Assembly: GCA_030267125.1 (NCBI GenBank)
Contig: JAJDJJ010000003.1
Span: forward strand, 309 to 64,308
Direction of reading: 5' to 3'
Source: Bacteroidales bacterium OttesenSCG-928-B11
Lineage (GTDB): Bacteria > Bacteroidota > Bacteroidia > Bacteroidales > WCHB1-69
DNA: 64,000 bases
How positions within the stretch are numbered: position 1 is the first letter of the stretch; every line of letters starts with the position of its first letter. Below, in pieces: positions 9,746 through 19,055 of this stretch. The notes below the pieces were generated by a model. It worked only from the letters and a program-made list of their open reading frames with translations. It did no database searches and was not told where the DNA came from. Position numbers and translations under genes: made by a program.

Positions 9746-11339
9746 AAATGAATCTGCCGAAAAATTGCGAGGCGGTTTTTACACGCCTGAACCTATTGCC
9801 TCATTCATTCTGAAATGGGGAATTAATGGGAGTGTTGACTATGACATTTTAGAACCAAGTTGCGGCGATGGCGTTTTTTTAGAACAATTGCGAGAAAGTA
9901 ATCATAGATTTAATTCCGTTACCGCTATTGAATTTGATGAAATTGAAGCCGAAAAGGCAGAACGTGTAAACTTGAATAACAAAACAGTTATTAATACCGA
10001 TTTTCATTTATATTGCAACGAAACAATTCAGCGGTTTGACTTAATTGTTGGAAATCCGCCTTATATCCGCTATCAATATTTCGACAAAGACCAGCAAATA
10101 GAAGCAGATAAGATATTTAATCGGGCAAAATTAAAATATTCAAAACTTACTAATGCGTGGGTTTCTTTTGTTGTTGGTTCAAGTCTACTTCTCAAAGAAA
10201 AAGGGAAAATAGGATTTGTAATTCCTGCCGAACTGCTTCAGGTTTCTTATGCCCAACAACTACGTGAATTTTTAGGGCATTTTTACAACAAAATCAATAT
10301 TATCTCTTTTGAAAAATTGGTTTTTCCTGATATTCAACAGGAAGTTGTTCTTTTGCTTTGCGAGAAAAACGATAGCAATTCGCATTTAATTGAACACTTA
10401 GAACTAAGAAACGCTTCGGATTTAGCAAAATTAGATGTAAATAAGTTAAAAAGCCCAACCAAAAAGATTGATTTCAAATCTAAAAAATGGACGTATTATT
10501 TTTTGGAACAGGAAGAAATTGATTTTTTGGAGAAAATAGCTTCTGATAAAAACATATCGACTATTGGGAAATATGCTGACGTAGAAGTTGGAATTACGAC
10601 AGGAGCAAATAATTATTTTACGGTTCCATACTCAATAGTGCAATTTTATCAACTTGAAGAATTTGCTAAACCGATGGTTGGCAGAAGCGTTCAAGTTAAC
10701 AGCATTGTTTTTACTCAAAAAGATTGGCAGAAAAATGTACAAAGTGAAGCGAAAGCTAATTTATTGGTATTTCCTCCAAAAGAGCAACTGAATGGGCGCT
10801 TGGGAGTTAAAAGTTATTTGGAATATGGTGAATCTGTCGGGATAAACAAAGGTTACAAAACAGGTATTCGCGATGATTGGTTTGTGATTCCATCTATAAA
10901 ATTATCTGAAGCATTATTTATCCGTAGAAATAATTTGTTCCCTCGTTTGATTTTAAACGAAGCAGGAGCCTACACAACAGATACCATGCACAGAGTATTT
11001 ATAAAAGAGCAAACAAATAAGTATGCTTTTATTGCCAGTTTTTATAATTCCCTCTCTTTAGCATTTTCCGAAATTGTAGGAAGAAGCTATGGCGGCGGCG
11101 TCCTCGAATTGATGCCAAGCGAAGCAGAAAAAATCCTTCTTCCCTATTGTGCAGAAAATGAAGAATTGCTTTCTGTCATTGACGGAATGATGCGTAAAAA
11201 GAAAAACATTGATGAAATATTGAAAATCACTAACGATGAGATTCTGAAACATGGATACGGATTTTCGGATAAAGAGATAAAATTTGCGGATAGTATTTGG
11301 AAAAAGCTGTCAGCAAGAAGGTTGAATAGGAATAAATAG
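9732..11339 (+). CDS. Companion N6-adenine DNA methyltransferase (M.Eco57I-like)
   Basis: KLRGGFYTP, LEPSCGDG (motif I), VGNPPYIRYQ (motif IV), GRSYGGGVLELMPSE. Confidence 0.9.
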   Translation: MKLIKNESAEKLRGGFYTPEPIASFILKWGINGSVDYDILEPSCGDGVFLEQLRESNHRFNSVTAIEFDEIEAEKAERVNLNNKTVINTDFHLYCNETIQRFDLIVGNPPYIRYQYFDKDQQIEADKIFNRAKLKYSKLTNAWVSFVVGSSLLLKEKGKIGFVIPAELLQVSYAQQLREFLGHFYNKINIISFEKLVFPDIQQEVVLLLCEKNDSNSHLIEHLELRNASDLAKLDVNKLKSPTKKIDFKSKKWTYYFLEQEEIDFLEKIASDKNISTIGKYADVEVGITTGANNYFTVPYSIVQFYQLEEFAKPMVGRSVQVNSIVFTQKDWQKNVQSEAKANLLVFPPKEQLNGRLGVKSYLEYGESVGINKGYKTGIRDDWFVIPSIKLSEALFIRRNNLFPRLILNEAGAYTTDTMHRVFIKEQTNKYAFIASFYNSLSLAFSEIVGRSYGGGVLELMPSEAEKILLPYCAENEELLSVIDGMMRKKKNIDEILKITNDEILKHGYGFSDKEIKFADSIWKKLSARRLNRNK

Positions 11340-11349
11340 AAATAATAAT

Positions 11350-11586
11350 ATGATATCACGCGATCCATCAGAGTACATACGAGGTATTCAACAAATTTTA
11401 GTTTCGGACAAAAAGAAGATTGGTTTTCTTTTTGGAGCAGGGAGCTCTTTAGCTCGGAAAAATGAGAAATCACTTACCGTTCCTGCAATTGGTAAAATGA
11501 CAGCAGAAATTGTTGAAGATATCAGTAAAATGGTTTATGAGTTGTATGGATTGATGGAGGAGGAAATAAGAATAATAACAAGTTAA
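11350..11586 (+). pseudogene. Chimeric remnant: SIR2-family N-terminus fused to a type IIG R-M C-terminal tail
   Basis: IGFLFGAGSS is the SIR2 Rossmann start. The ORF ends after only 78 aa in MVYELYGLMEEEIRII, a typical C-terminal helix of TaqI/Eco57I-like enzymes. Confidence 0.65.
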
Positions 11587-11600
11587 AATCATAAAATATT

Positions 11601-13631
11601 ATGCAACAATCAATCAATATCCTAAATTATATTAAAAGCATAAAGATAAATCCCGACGAATATTTATTGCCGTTGCTTGAAGTTGTTGTAAATGCTATTC
11701 AAAGCATTGAAGACAAAACAGACAATGAAAAAGGACAAATATCAATAAAAGCAATTCGGTCTCCTCTACAAACAATAGAATTTGAAGATGAGCTTCCTTA
11801 TAATCCTATAATTGGTTTCGAAGTTTATGATAATGGTGTTGGTTTTATTCAAAGCAGATTTAGTGCTTTTGGAGATGCTTTTACTGATTTTAACGCAAAA
11901 AAAGGCTGTAAAGGTATTGGAAGATATACAGTTCTTGCTTGCTTTGGAAGTATGGAGGTAAATAGTACTTTTTTTGAAAATGGGAAATGGTATAATCGAG
12001 CATTTCGATTTGATAACGCAAAGGAAAATAATGGCAATATAAAGGAGACTGACACACAAATATTGAAAACAAAAATTAGTTTGAATAATTATAAAAAAGA
12101 GTTTATTAGTTATATTACCAAAAATAAAATAGAATTAATTGATATTGCAGAAAATATTATACAGCATTGCTTGTTGTATTTTATCGAAGATGCAATGCCT
12201 GCTATAAAATTATACGATGAGGGGACAAGTAAAAATCCGATTTTTTTAAATGATATTTATCGTAATGTGATAAAATTTGACAGAGAACCTGCACAATTAA
12301 AAATAGATAATATTGATTCGATTTTCAATTTAAATTATCTCAAAAACTATTCTAATAAAGCACATTCTTTTCATTTATGTGCAAATAAAAGAGAAGTCGG
12401 AAAAAAAACAAATATGTCAAATTTTATCCCTTCATTTGTACAGAGTTTAATTGATGAACAACAAAAGAAATATTATTTATCTATTTATGTAACAGGCGAC
12501 TTTCTTGATGAAAAAGCGAATAATCAAAGAAATGAATTTTCTGTTCCTTTAAAAAAGGAACAGAAAACTGATTTTGACGAAATTTGTCTTAGTGAACTTT
12601 TTGATAATCTGTCGGATAATGTAAGACAAACATATTCTAACTTTATAGAAACAGCAGATAAAGAAAAAAATGAAAGAATACGAAATTACATATTAAATGG
12701 AAAAACGCCTCGATTAGCATACAAACACTTGCTTAATGTGTCAAATATATTTGATGATATTTACGCAAACATATCAGATGAACGATTAGAAGCAGAATTA
12801 GCTAAAAAGGTTTTTCAATTAGAGCAAAAACGAACAAAGGCGTTTAATAAAGCATTTAATAAAAAGAAGTATGATAAAGAAGAATTTGGTAAGATTCTTA
12901 CAGAAGTTTTGCGAGAAGAAGCGGCTTTTTCGCAAGACAAATTAGCCGATTTAATGGTGCGTCGAAAATCTGTAATCAAACTTTTTAAACAATATTTGGA
13001 ATGGCGTAGTGAAGAAAATTATATGTTGGAAGAAGATTTACATAATATAATTTTCACAATGGGAGCAGAGACCGATACAATGCCAATAGACTATCATAAT
13101 TTGTGGCTGTTAGATGAGCGACTTACATTTTATCGCCGTACCAACTCGGATAAGCAATTACGAACAAACAAAGATTTTGATGTGAATAGTCAAAAAGAAC
13201 CTGACCTATTGATTTATGATTTCCCATGGGCTTATTCAGATAATCCGAACAATGTTAATTCATTAGTTCTTTTCGAGTTTAAACGACCTGGGAGAGATAT
13301 GAATACTACTAAGGATAAAAAATTAGATTCCCAAGTAGAGGGCTATTTTGAGAAATTAATGGAAAGTAAAGCAACAAATGAAAAAGGGCGAATTTTAAAT
13401 GTTCAAGACAATACGGCTAAATTTGGTTATGTTATTTGTGAATTACACAAAGAGTTAGAAGAATATAACATAAAGTATAATTATTTTAAGAAAACACCTT
13501 ATGGAACTTTATATAAAATAAACCCAGAATTAAATATGTATATTGAAGTTATGTCTTATCAAACAATGGTTGATTTTGCAGAAAAAAGACATGATGCATT
13601 TTTCCAGGCATTAGGCATTCATAATTTATGA
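11601..13631 (+). CDS. GHKL (HATPase/MORC-like) ATPase fused to a C-terminal PD-(D/E)XK nuclease-like domain, putative defence protein
   Basis: GHKL motifs LEVVVNAIQS, DNGVGF, KGIGR; C-terminal EEDLH...NLWLLDERL...EPDL...FEFKRPG. Confidence 0.75.
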   Translation: MQQSINILNYIKSIKINPDEYLLPLLEVVVNAIQSIEDKTDNEKGQISIKAIRSPLQTIEFEDELPYNPIIGFEVYDNGVGFIQSRFSAFGDAFTDFNAKKGCKGIGRYTVLACFGSMEVNSTFFENGKWYNRAFRFDNAKENNGNIKETDTQILKTKISLNNYKKEFISYITKNKIELIDIAENIIQHCLLYFIEDAMPAIKLYDEGTSKNPIFLNDIYRNVIKFDREPAQLKIDNIDSIFNLNYLKNYSNKAHSFHLCANKREVGKKTNMSNFIPSFVQSLIDEQQKKYYLSIYVTGDFLDEKANNQRNEFSVPLKKEQKTDFDEICLSELFDNLSDNVRQTYSNFIETADKEKNERIRNYILNGKTPRLAYKHLLNVSNIFDDIYANISDERLEAELAKKVFQLEQKRTKAFNKAFNKKKYDKEEFGKILTEVLREEAAFSQDKLADLMVRRKSVIKLFKQYLEWRSEENYMLEEDLHNIIFTMGAETDTMPIDYHNLWLLDERLTFYRRTNSDKQLRTNKDFDVNSQKEPDLLIYDFPWAYSDNPNNVNSLVLFEFKRPGRDMNTTKDKKLDSQVEGYFEKLMESKATNEKGRILNVQDNTAKFGYVICELHKELEEYNIKYNYFKKTPYGTLYKINPELNMYIEVMSYQTMVDFAEKRHDAFFQALGIHNL

Positions 13632-13726
13632 AAGCATTTACAGTAACTGTCAATATAACAGTGACATGATGAGAAAGGAAAATATTACACGGTGTGTTTT
13701 AAGGAAGAAAGTTAGAATCAAAAAAC

Positions 13727-14845
13727 ATGACAACCCATTTCGACGAATATATCCGCCAAGGCGAACCCTCGCAGAGGGAGAAAAGTCAAATTTGGCAAAT
13801 TGCGATTGGCCTACAGCAGGTTGATGGCTTAACGCCGTCTGCTTATCTCATTGAAACGGCGAAACAGAATATTGAAGGCGATATCACTATTGAAGAGGTA
13901 AAATATCGTATTGACAGCTATTATAAGCAACAGACAAATAGAAAAACTATCGATGACAATCGTACCGAAGAGGCTGATAAGGTTTCGGCAAACATTACCG
14001 AGATATTATCGGAAAAGACCTTTACGCTCAGCCTTACAGAACTTCTATCTATTCACAAACGTTTATTTGCCGGCGTTGAAAATATTCAGGTAAAAGTGGG
14101 CAAAATTCGTGATTACAATATCACTAAAAACGAATGGGTGCTGAACGGGAAAACCGTTTTTTATGCCTCTTATGATACGATAAATGCAACTCTCAATTAC
14201 GATTTTTCGCAAGAAAAAAAGTTTGATTATAAGGGACTTTCAAAAAGAGAAATAATAGAACATATTGCAAATTTTATTTCGGGATTATGGCAAATTCATG
14301 CTTTTGGAGAGGGGAACACACGTACAATAGCTGTTTTCAGCATTAAATACCTGCGCACATTTGGCTTTGAAATCGAAAACGATATGTTTGCAAGGCATTC
14401 GTGGTATTTTCGAAACGCTCTTGTTCGTGCAAACTACAATGACTACGAACATAATATTTATGCCACTTCAGAATATTTAATGCTATTCTTTGGCAATCTG
14501 TTGCTTGGAGAAAATAACGAATTAAAGAACAGATATTTGCGGATTGACTTAAACGCTAAAATTACAACTGAACCGAAGGAACAAAATCTCATAAATACAG
14601 GTGGTCAGAAAGAATTGTTGGGTGGTCAGAAAAAGTGGTCAGAAAAAGTGGTCAGATTACTTGAACTTATTGCTGAAAAACCAACCATTACCCGGAAAGA
14701 GCTTTCGGAAGCATTGCAAATCAACCCTTCTGCTGTGCAAAAACATATAGAAAAATTAAAAGAACAAAAAATTATTTCTCGTGTCGGATCGGATAAAAAA
14801 GGAAGTTGGGTAATCACATCAAAAGAAAATAGAGACAATGAATAG
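13727..14845 (+). CDS. Fic-domain protein with N-terminal VbhA-like inhibitory region and C-terminal HTH
   Basis: AIGLQQVDGL (inhibitory-helix-like), Fic motif HAFGEGNTRT, C-terminal winged HTH PTITRKELSEALQINPSAVQKHIEKLK...RVGSDKKGSW. Confidence 0.85.
   Translation: MTTHFDEYIRQGEPSQREKSQIWQIAIGLQQVDGLTPSAYLIETAKQNIEGDITIEEVKYRIDSYYKQQTNRKTIDDNRTEEADKVSANITEILSEKTFTLSLTELLSIHKRLFAGVENIQVKVGKIRDYNITKNEWVLNGKTVFYASYDTINATLNYDFSQEKKFDYKGLSKREIIEHIANFISGLWQIHAFGEGNTRTIAVFSIKYLRTFGFEIENDMFARHSWYFRNALVRANYNDYEHNIYATSEYLMLFFGNLLLGENNELKNRYLRIDLNAKITTEPKEQNLINTGGQKELLGGQKKWSEKVVRLLELIAEKPTITRKELSEALQINPSAVQKHIEKLKEQKIISRVGSDKKGSWVITSKENRDNE
14601..14656 (+). repeat. Tandem GTGGTCAGA(AAAA) repeats in the Fic-HTH linker
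   Basis: Copies start at 14601, 14622, 14635 and 14648 (periods 21, 13, 13 bp). Confidence 0.85.
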
Positions 14846-15536
14846 TAATAGAAAAATAACAATCATCGCTTTTGACGCAGACGACACTTTATGGGTGAAC
14901 GAACCCTATTTTCAGGAAGCTGAAAAACAGTTTTGTATTTTGCTTGAGAATTATCATTCGCCGCAAATTGTTTCGCAAGAACTTTTTAAAACCGAAATGA
15001 AGAATCTGCATTCTTACGGATTTGGAATTAAAGGCTTTATACTGTGCATGATTGAAACCGCAAACAGAGTTTCCAACAAAACGGTATCATCGGATATCAT
15101 CGATAAAATCATTGAAATCGGTCACGAATTATTACAGAAGCCGATTGAACTTCTCCACGGCGTTCAAGAAACATTGGACGCTTTAAACGGAAATTATAAA
15201 TTAGTAGTTGCCACAAAAGGCGATTTATTAGACCAAGAGAGAAAACTTAAAAAATCGGGATTGGAGCATTATTTCCACCACATTGAAATTATGAGCGACA
15301 AGAAAGTCAGCGATTACCAAAAGTTGCTTAAACATTTGGACTGCCAACCCGAAAACTTTTTAATGTTGGGCAATTCGATTAAGTCGGATATCGTACCTGT
15401 CTTGGAGTTAGGAGCTTACAGTGCCCACATTCCTTATCATGTAACGTGGACGCACGAACAACAAGAAGATGAACTTAAACACGAGAAATTTATTCAATTA
15501 CAATCAATTGATGAGATATTGAGTTATTTGAGATAG
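14838..15536 (+). CDS. HAD-superfamily hydrolase
   Basis: FDADDTLW motif I, VATKGD, MLGNSIKSDI motif IV. Confidence 0.9.
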   Translation: MNSNRKITIIAFDADDTLWVNEPYFQEAEKQFCILLENYHSPQIVSQELFKTEMKNLHSYGFGIKGFILCMIETANRVSNKTVSSDIIDKIIEIGHELLQKPIELLHGVQETLDALNGNYKLVVATKGDLLDQERKLKKSGLEHYFHHIEIMSDKKVSDYQKLLKHLDCQPENFLMLGNSIKSDIVPVLELGAYSAHIPYHVTWTHEQQEDELKHEKFIQLQSIDEILSYLR

Positions 15537-15597
15537 AAATATGATAATACGAAGTGTAAAAAAGGAAGATTTAGAATCACTAAAAGCGGTTGTCAGC

Positions 15598-16071
15598 ATG
15601 AAATTAAAAAAAGCAGCTCTATTTTTGTCAATTTTAATTGTAATCCAAAGCTGTGGTATTACATATAAAAGTTCAGAATTATTTCAAGACAAAGAATCAG
15701 AAGAATTATTTAAACAAGCTCAATCTTATCAAAATAAAGGGCAACTTGACTCCGCTTTAGTGTACTTTGATAAAGCCGATAGCTTGGCGCCAAATACCGC
15801 ACTAATTTTACATGAAAGAGGTCTATTAAAAAGTAATATTGGCAAATATGATGACGCTCTTTGTGACATAAACAAATCCATAGAATTGACGACAGACCAA
15901 CGACACAAGGAGATTCGAATATCAAATAGAGCACTGATACACATGGAGATGGGTAATATGACCGAAGCATGTGACGATTGGAGAAACTCAGGAAAATGGG
16001 GAAAAACAATAAACACATATTCATTTACTCGAGGTGCTGTTTGGCTTGGAGAGAAACAATATAAAAAGTAG
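15598..16071 (+). CDS. TPR-repeat lipoprotein (ATG at 15598; the in-frame 15541-15597 extension looks like an unrelated fragment)
   Basis: Signal/lipobox MKLKKAALFLSILIVIQSC, TPR-like helices, ACDDW C-terminal motif. Confidence 0.65.
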   Translation: MKLKKAALFLSILIVIQSCGITYKSSELFQDKESEELFKQAQSYQNKGQLDSALVYFDKADSLAPNTALILHERGLLKSNIGKYDDALCDINKSIELTTDQRHKEIRISNRALIHMEMGNMTEACDDWRNSGKWGKTINTYSFTRGAVWLGEKQYKK

Positions 16072-16108
16072 ATTTATCATATAACATAAAGCATTTAAGA
16101 AACGAAAA

Positions 16109-16984
16109 ATGAACAATATACTGATAACTGGAGCCACAGGAAATATAGGATTTGAAGTAATCCGATTTTTAACAAAAATTGATTCCCCGAATAAGATTAT
16201 AGTCGGAGTCCGAAATATTGAGAAAGCAAAAAAGAGTTTTACGAAATTTCCCGATTTAGATTATACACACTTTGATTTTGAAGACTTTAACACGTTTGAT
16301 AATGCTCTAAACGAGATAGATACCTTGTTTTTATTGCGACCACCACATATATCAGATGTTGATTCATTTTTCAAGCCCTTGATTTTAAAAATCAAAGAAA
16401 AAAACATAAAACAAGTGGTTTTTCTATCGGTTCAGGGAGCAGAGAAAAGCAAAGTGATTCCGCATCATAAAATCGAACAATTAATAATAGAAAATGGATT
16501 GGATTTCATTTTCCTTCGACCAAGTTATTTCATGCAAAATCTGACCACAACTCTGATTGGAGATATTAAAACGAAGCGTGAGATCATTTTACCCGCCGGG
16601 AAAGCAAAATTTAACTGGATTGATATAGAAAATATTGGAGAAGTTGCCGCAATTCTACTTGACAATTTCGGAGATTATAAAAACAATGCCTTCGAAATTA
16701 CCGGATTGGAGAACGAAAGTTTTGAGAAAGTTACGGAGTTGATTAATAATACGATCGACAATCCGATTACATATCGGAATGTTAATCCATTTCATTTTTT
16801 TAGGATTAAAAAGCGAGAAGGAGTGGAAAAAGGGATGATTTTCGTAATGATTTTCCTTCACATTCTACCTCGATTTCAAAAAGAACCGATGATTTCGGAT
16901 TTTTATGAACGATTAACGGGCAAAAAACCGACTGATTTAAAAACATTTATAGAGAGGGAGAAGAAACAATTTGAAAGACAATAA
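16109..16984 (+). CDS. NmrA-family NAD(P)-binding oxidoreductase
   Basis: ILITGATGNIG Rossmann motif, LRPSYFMQN. Confidence 0.9.
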   Translation: MNNILITGATGNIGFEVIRFLTKIDSPNKIIVGVRNIEKAKKSFTKFPDLDYTHFDFEDFNTFDNALNEIDTLFLLRPPHISDVDSFFKPLILKIKEKNIKQVVFLSVQGAEKSKVIPHHKIEQLIIENGLDFIFLRPSYFMQNLTTTLIGDIKTKREIILPAGKAKFNWIDIENIGEVAAILLDNFGDYKNNAFEITGLENESFEKVTELINNTIDNPITYRNVNPFHFFRIKKREGVEKGMIFVMIFLHILPRFQKEPMISDFYERLTGKKPTDLKTFIEREKKQFERQ

Positions 16985-17060
16985 AATTCAATATAGATAA
17001 AAACAATATCAAACATGTTCATGGTTGTTCCCAATTTTGTGACCCATGTATTGTATATTT

Positions 17061-17240
17061 TCAACTCTCCACTCTTCTTTTAGAAAGAACTTCCGCAGTC
17101 ACACTTATTATCATTGTGATAAGAAACAAAATACAACCCAGCAAAAACAACGATTGATAATGTGCTCTGCCGGCAGGAGCTTCGCCCAATTCTGCGGCAA
17201 TAGTCGCCGGAATAGTTCGCACGGGTTGGAAAAGGGAATG
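17061..17240 (-). pseudogene. Diverged duplicate of the last 60 codons of pstC
   Basis: Translates HSLFQPVRTIPATIAAELGEAPAGRAHYQSLFLLGCILFLITMIISVTAEVLSKRRVES*; direct repeat of 17742-17921. Confidence 0.9.
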
Positions 17241-17395
17241 TTGGATTATTTGTCAAAAATTTCCAACTGTTATTAAATGACGAATAAATTGGGGAAATAA
17301 ACCAATGAGTCCTATTTCGGAAACTATTTTGTTACAATAAATTCATCTTTTCCCATTGATATTATCCCCCCGTTGGGAATGGAGCGTTAGGTGCT

Positions 17396-17551
17396 AATCC
17401 CGTAGGGATTTAAGCTTGGTAGAAAACATGACACAGCAATGATTTGCATACCGTAGGTATGCCACCTTTTCGAAGATTTTGTTGCATACCTACGGCATGC
17501 GGTGCTCGGTTGTCGAATGGTTTTCTACCAAGCTTTCATGCCTACGGCATG
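17396..17551. repeat. REPIN-like nested palindromic element with CCGTAGG/CCTACGG hairpins
   Basis: Outer atcccgtagggat-ttaagcttggtagaaaa / ttttctaccaagctt-tcatgcctacggcatg; inner gcataccgtaggtatgc / gcatacctacggcatgc. Confidence 0.75.
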
Positions 17552-17741
17552 TCTTCTATCAAACTTTCGACACACCTCTTTTACGGAATATTTATTTGAC
17601 GAGCATTCGTTTTTTATATCGAACTCGGGTTAATAATAAAAAAAACTACAAGATATTTCCTGTAGTTTTCATTTACACATTCTTTCGGACAGTGTCAAAC
17701 GACATGCAACTTTATTTGCAAAAGCAAAATAAATACCATTT

Positions 17742-19055
17742 TTAACTCTCAACTCTTCTTTTAGAAAGAATCTCCGCCGTCACGCTTATTATCATTGTGA
17801 TAAGAAACAAAATACAACCGAGTAGAAATAAGGATTGATAATGTGCTCCGCCGGCAGGAGCTTCGCCCAATTCTGCGGCAATAGTCGCCGGAATAGTTCG
17901 CACGGGTTGGAAAAGCGAATGGGGAATGACAGCAGCGTTTCCCGTAACCATCAATACCGCCATTGTCTCGCCGATTGCTCGTCCGATTCCCAACACCACA
18001 GCTGTAGAAATTCCCGAAGCGGCGTATGGAATAACCACTTTATAGACCGTTTGCCATTTGGTGGCAGCGAGGGCTAAACTTGCTTCACGCATACTCCGCG
18101 GCGTATTTCGCATCGAATCTTCCGCAACGGTAATAATGGTCGGCAATGCCATAATCGCTAAAATCAGACTTCCGGCAAAGGCGGTTTCCCCAACAGGGAT
18201 ATCGAAAATCTTTTGGATCAGAGGAACAATAACGACCAATCCGAAAAATCCGTAAACTACCGAAGGAATCCCTGCCAAAAGTTCAATCGTAGGTTTCATG
18301 ATTTTCCGAATGCGTTCACTCGCCAATTCCGAAAGATAAATTGCGACACCCAAACCTAAAGGAAGTGCTATCAATATAGCGAAAATACTGACCAACAACG
18401 TTCCTGCGATAAGCGGCAATATGCCGAATTGAGCCGAAGGAGTTGAGGTGGGCAACCACTCTTTTCCTCCAAAGAAATCGGATATGCTAATATTTTCCGA
18501 AGGCAAAATCTTTACATTCGGATTTTCCGTTGGAAGATATTCTTCGGGGATATATGCAATAATTCCTTGATTTTGAGTAATAACTTCTCCTAATTTTTCA
18601 GGAAGTAATTCGTAATTTTCTCCGAATTCCTCTTCATCATAAAGTGAAAAGATATCTTCAAAATGAAACAGCTCTATTAGAAATGGAGAATTGAGAGTGG
18701 AGAATTGAGAATTATCTTCTTCATTCTCCATTCTCAATTCTCCATTCTCAACTTTCCATTGAGTGATTTCCCCGTCAAAAATTTCTTTGATTTGAAAGGA
18801 AGTTAACTGTTCAATATTATTAGAGGCATTGACACAAAGCGCATACCCTTTTTCAACAGCCGGACTTTTAAATAATCCAAATCCTTCTTTGAACAGAAAA
18901 ATGACAATTAATAAAATCGCAAGGCTTGTAATGCCGCCACTGAGAGTAAGTGCTATTCTGGCTAAACGCTCTGTTAATTGAGAATGGAAAATTGAGAATG
19001 GAGAATGCTTGTTGCTCTTCTTTTTGTGATTATAATTTTTCGAACTTAATTTCAT
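17742..19055 (-). CDS. pstC: Phosphate ABC transporter permease PstC with periplasmic insert
   Basis: ELLAGIPSVVYGFFG, EAA-loop REASLALAATKWQT, GRAIGETMAV, TIAAELGEA. Confidence 0.95.
   Translation of the reverse strand: MKLSSKNYNHKKKSNKHSPFSIFHSQLTERLARIALTLSGGITSLAILLIVIFLFKEGFGLFKSPAVEKGYALCVNASNNIEQLTSFQIKEIFDGEITQWKVENGELRMENEEDNSQFSTLNSPFLIELFHFEDIFSLYDEEEFGENYELLPEKLGEVITQNQGIIAYIPEEYLPTENPNVKILPSENISISDFFGGKEWLPTSTPSAQFGILPLIAGTLLVSIFAILIALPLGLGVAIYLSELASERIRKIMKPTIELLAGIPSVVYGFFGLVVIVPLIQKIFDIPVGETAFAGSLILAIMALPTIITVAEDSMRNTPRSMREASLALAATKWQTVYKVVIPYAASGISTAVVLGIGRAIGETMAVLMVTGNAAVIPHSLFQPVRTIPATIAAELGEAPAGGAHYQSLFLLGCILFLITMIISVTAEILSKRRVES
18682..18760. repeat. Inverted heptamer (AATTGAG/AATGGAG) repeat palindrome inside the pstC coding sequence
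   Basis: aatggag-aattgag-agtggag-aattgag ... attctcc-attctca-attctcc-attctca; encodes WKVENGELRMENEEDNSQFSTLNSPF. Confidence 0.85.

Noticed and set aside
17046-17276. 76-aa plus-strand ORF similar to the ORF at 17835-18077
   Set aside because: Both are antisense readings of the pstC 3' end and its duplicate, not real genes.
17380-17400. attC-like half sites (cgttaggtgctaa here; similar at ~32024 and ~48514) suggesting integron-type cassettes
   Set aside because: Only isolated GTT-containing half motifs, with no matching inverse core sites, regular cassette spacing or integron integrase.
4600-17740. Prophage, ICE or IS as the carrier of the defence island
   Set aside because: No integrase, transposase, relaxase or phage structural gene in the window.
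17479-17745. 88-aa ORF between the pstC copies
   Set aside because: Runs through the REPIN-like palindrome and AT-rich spacer; non-ATG start and no protein-like features.
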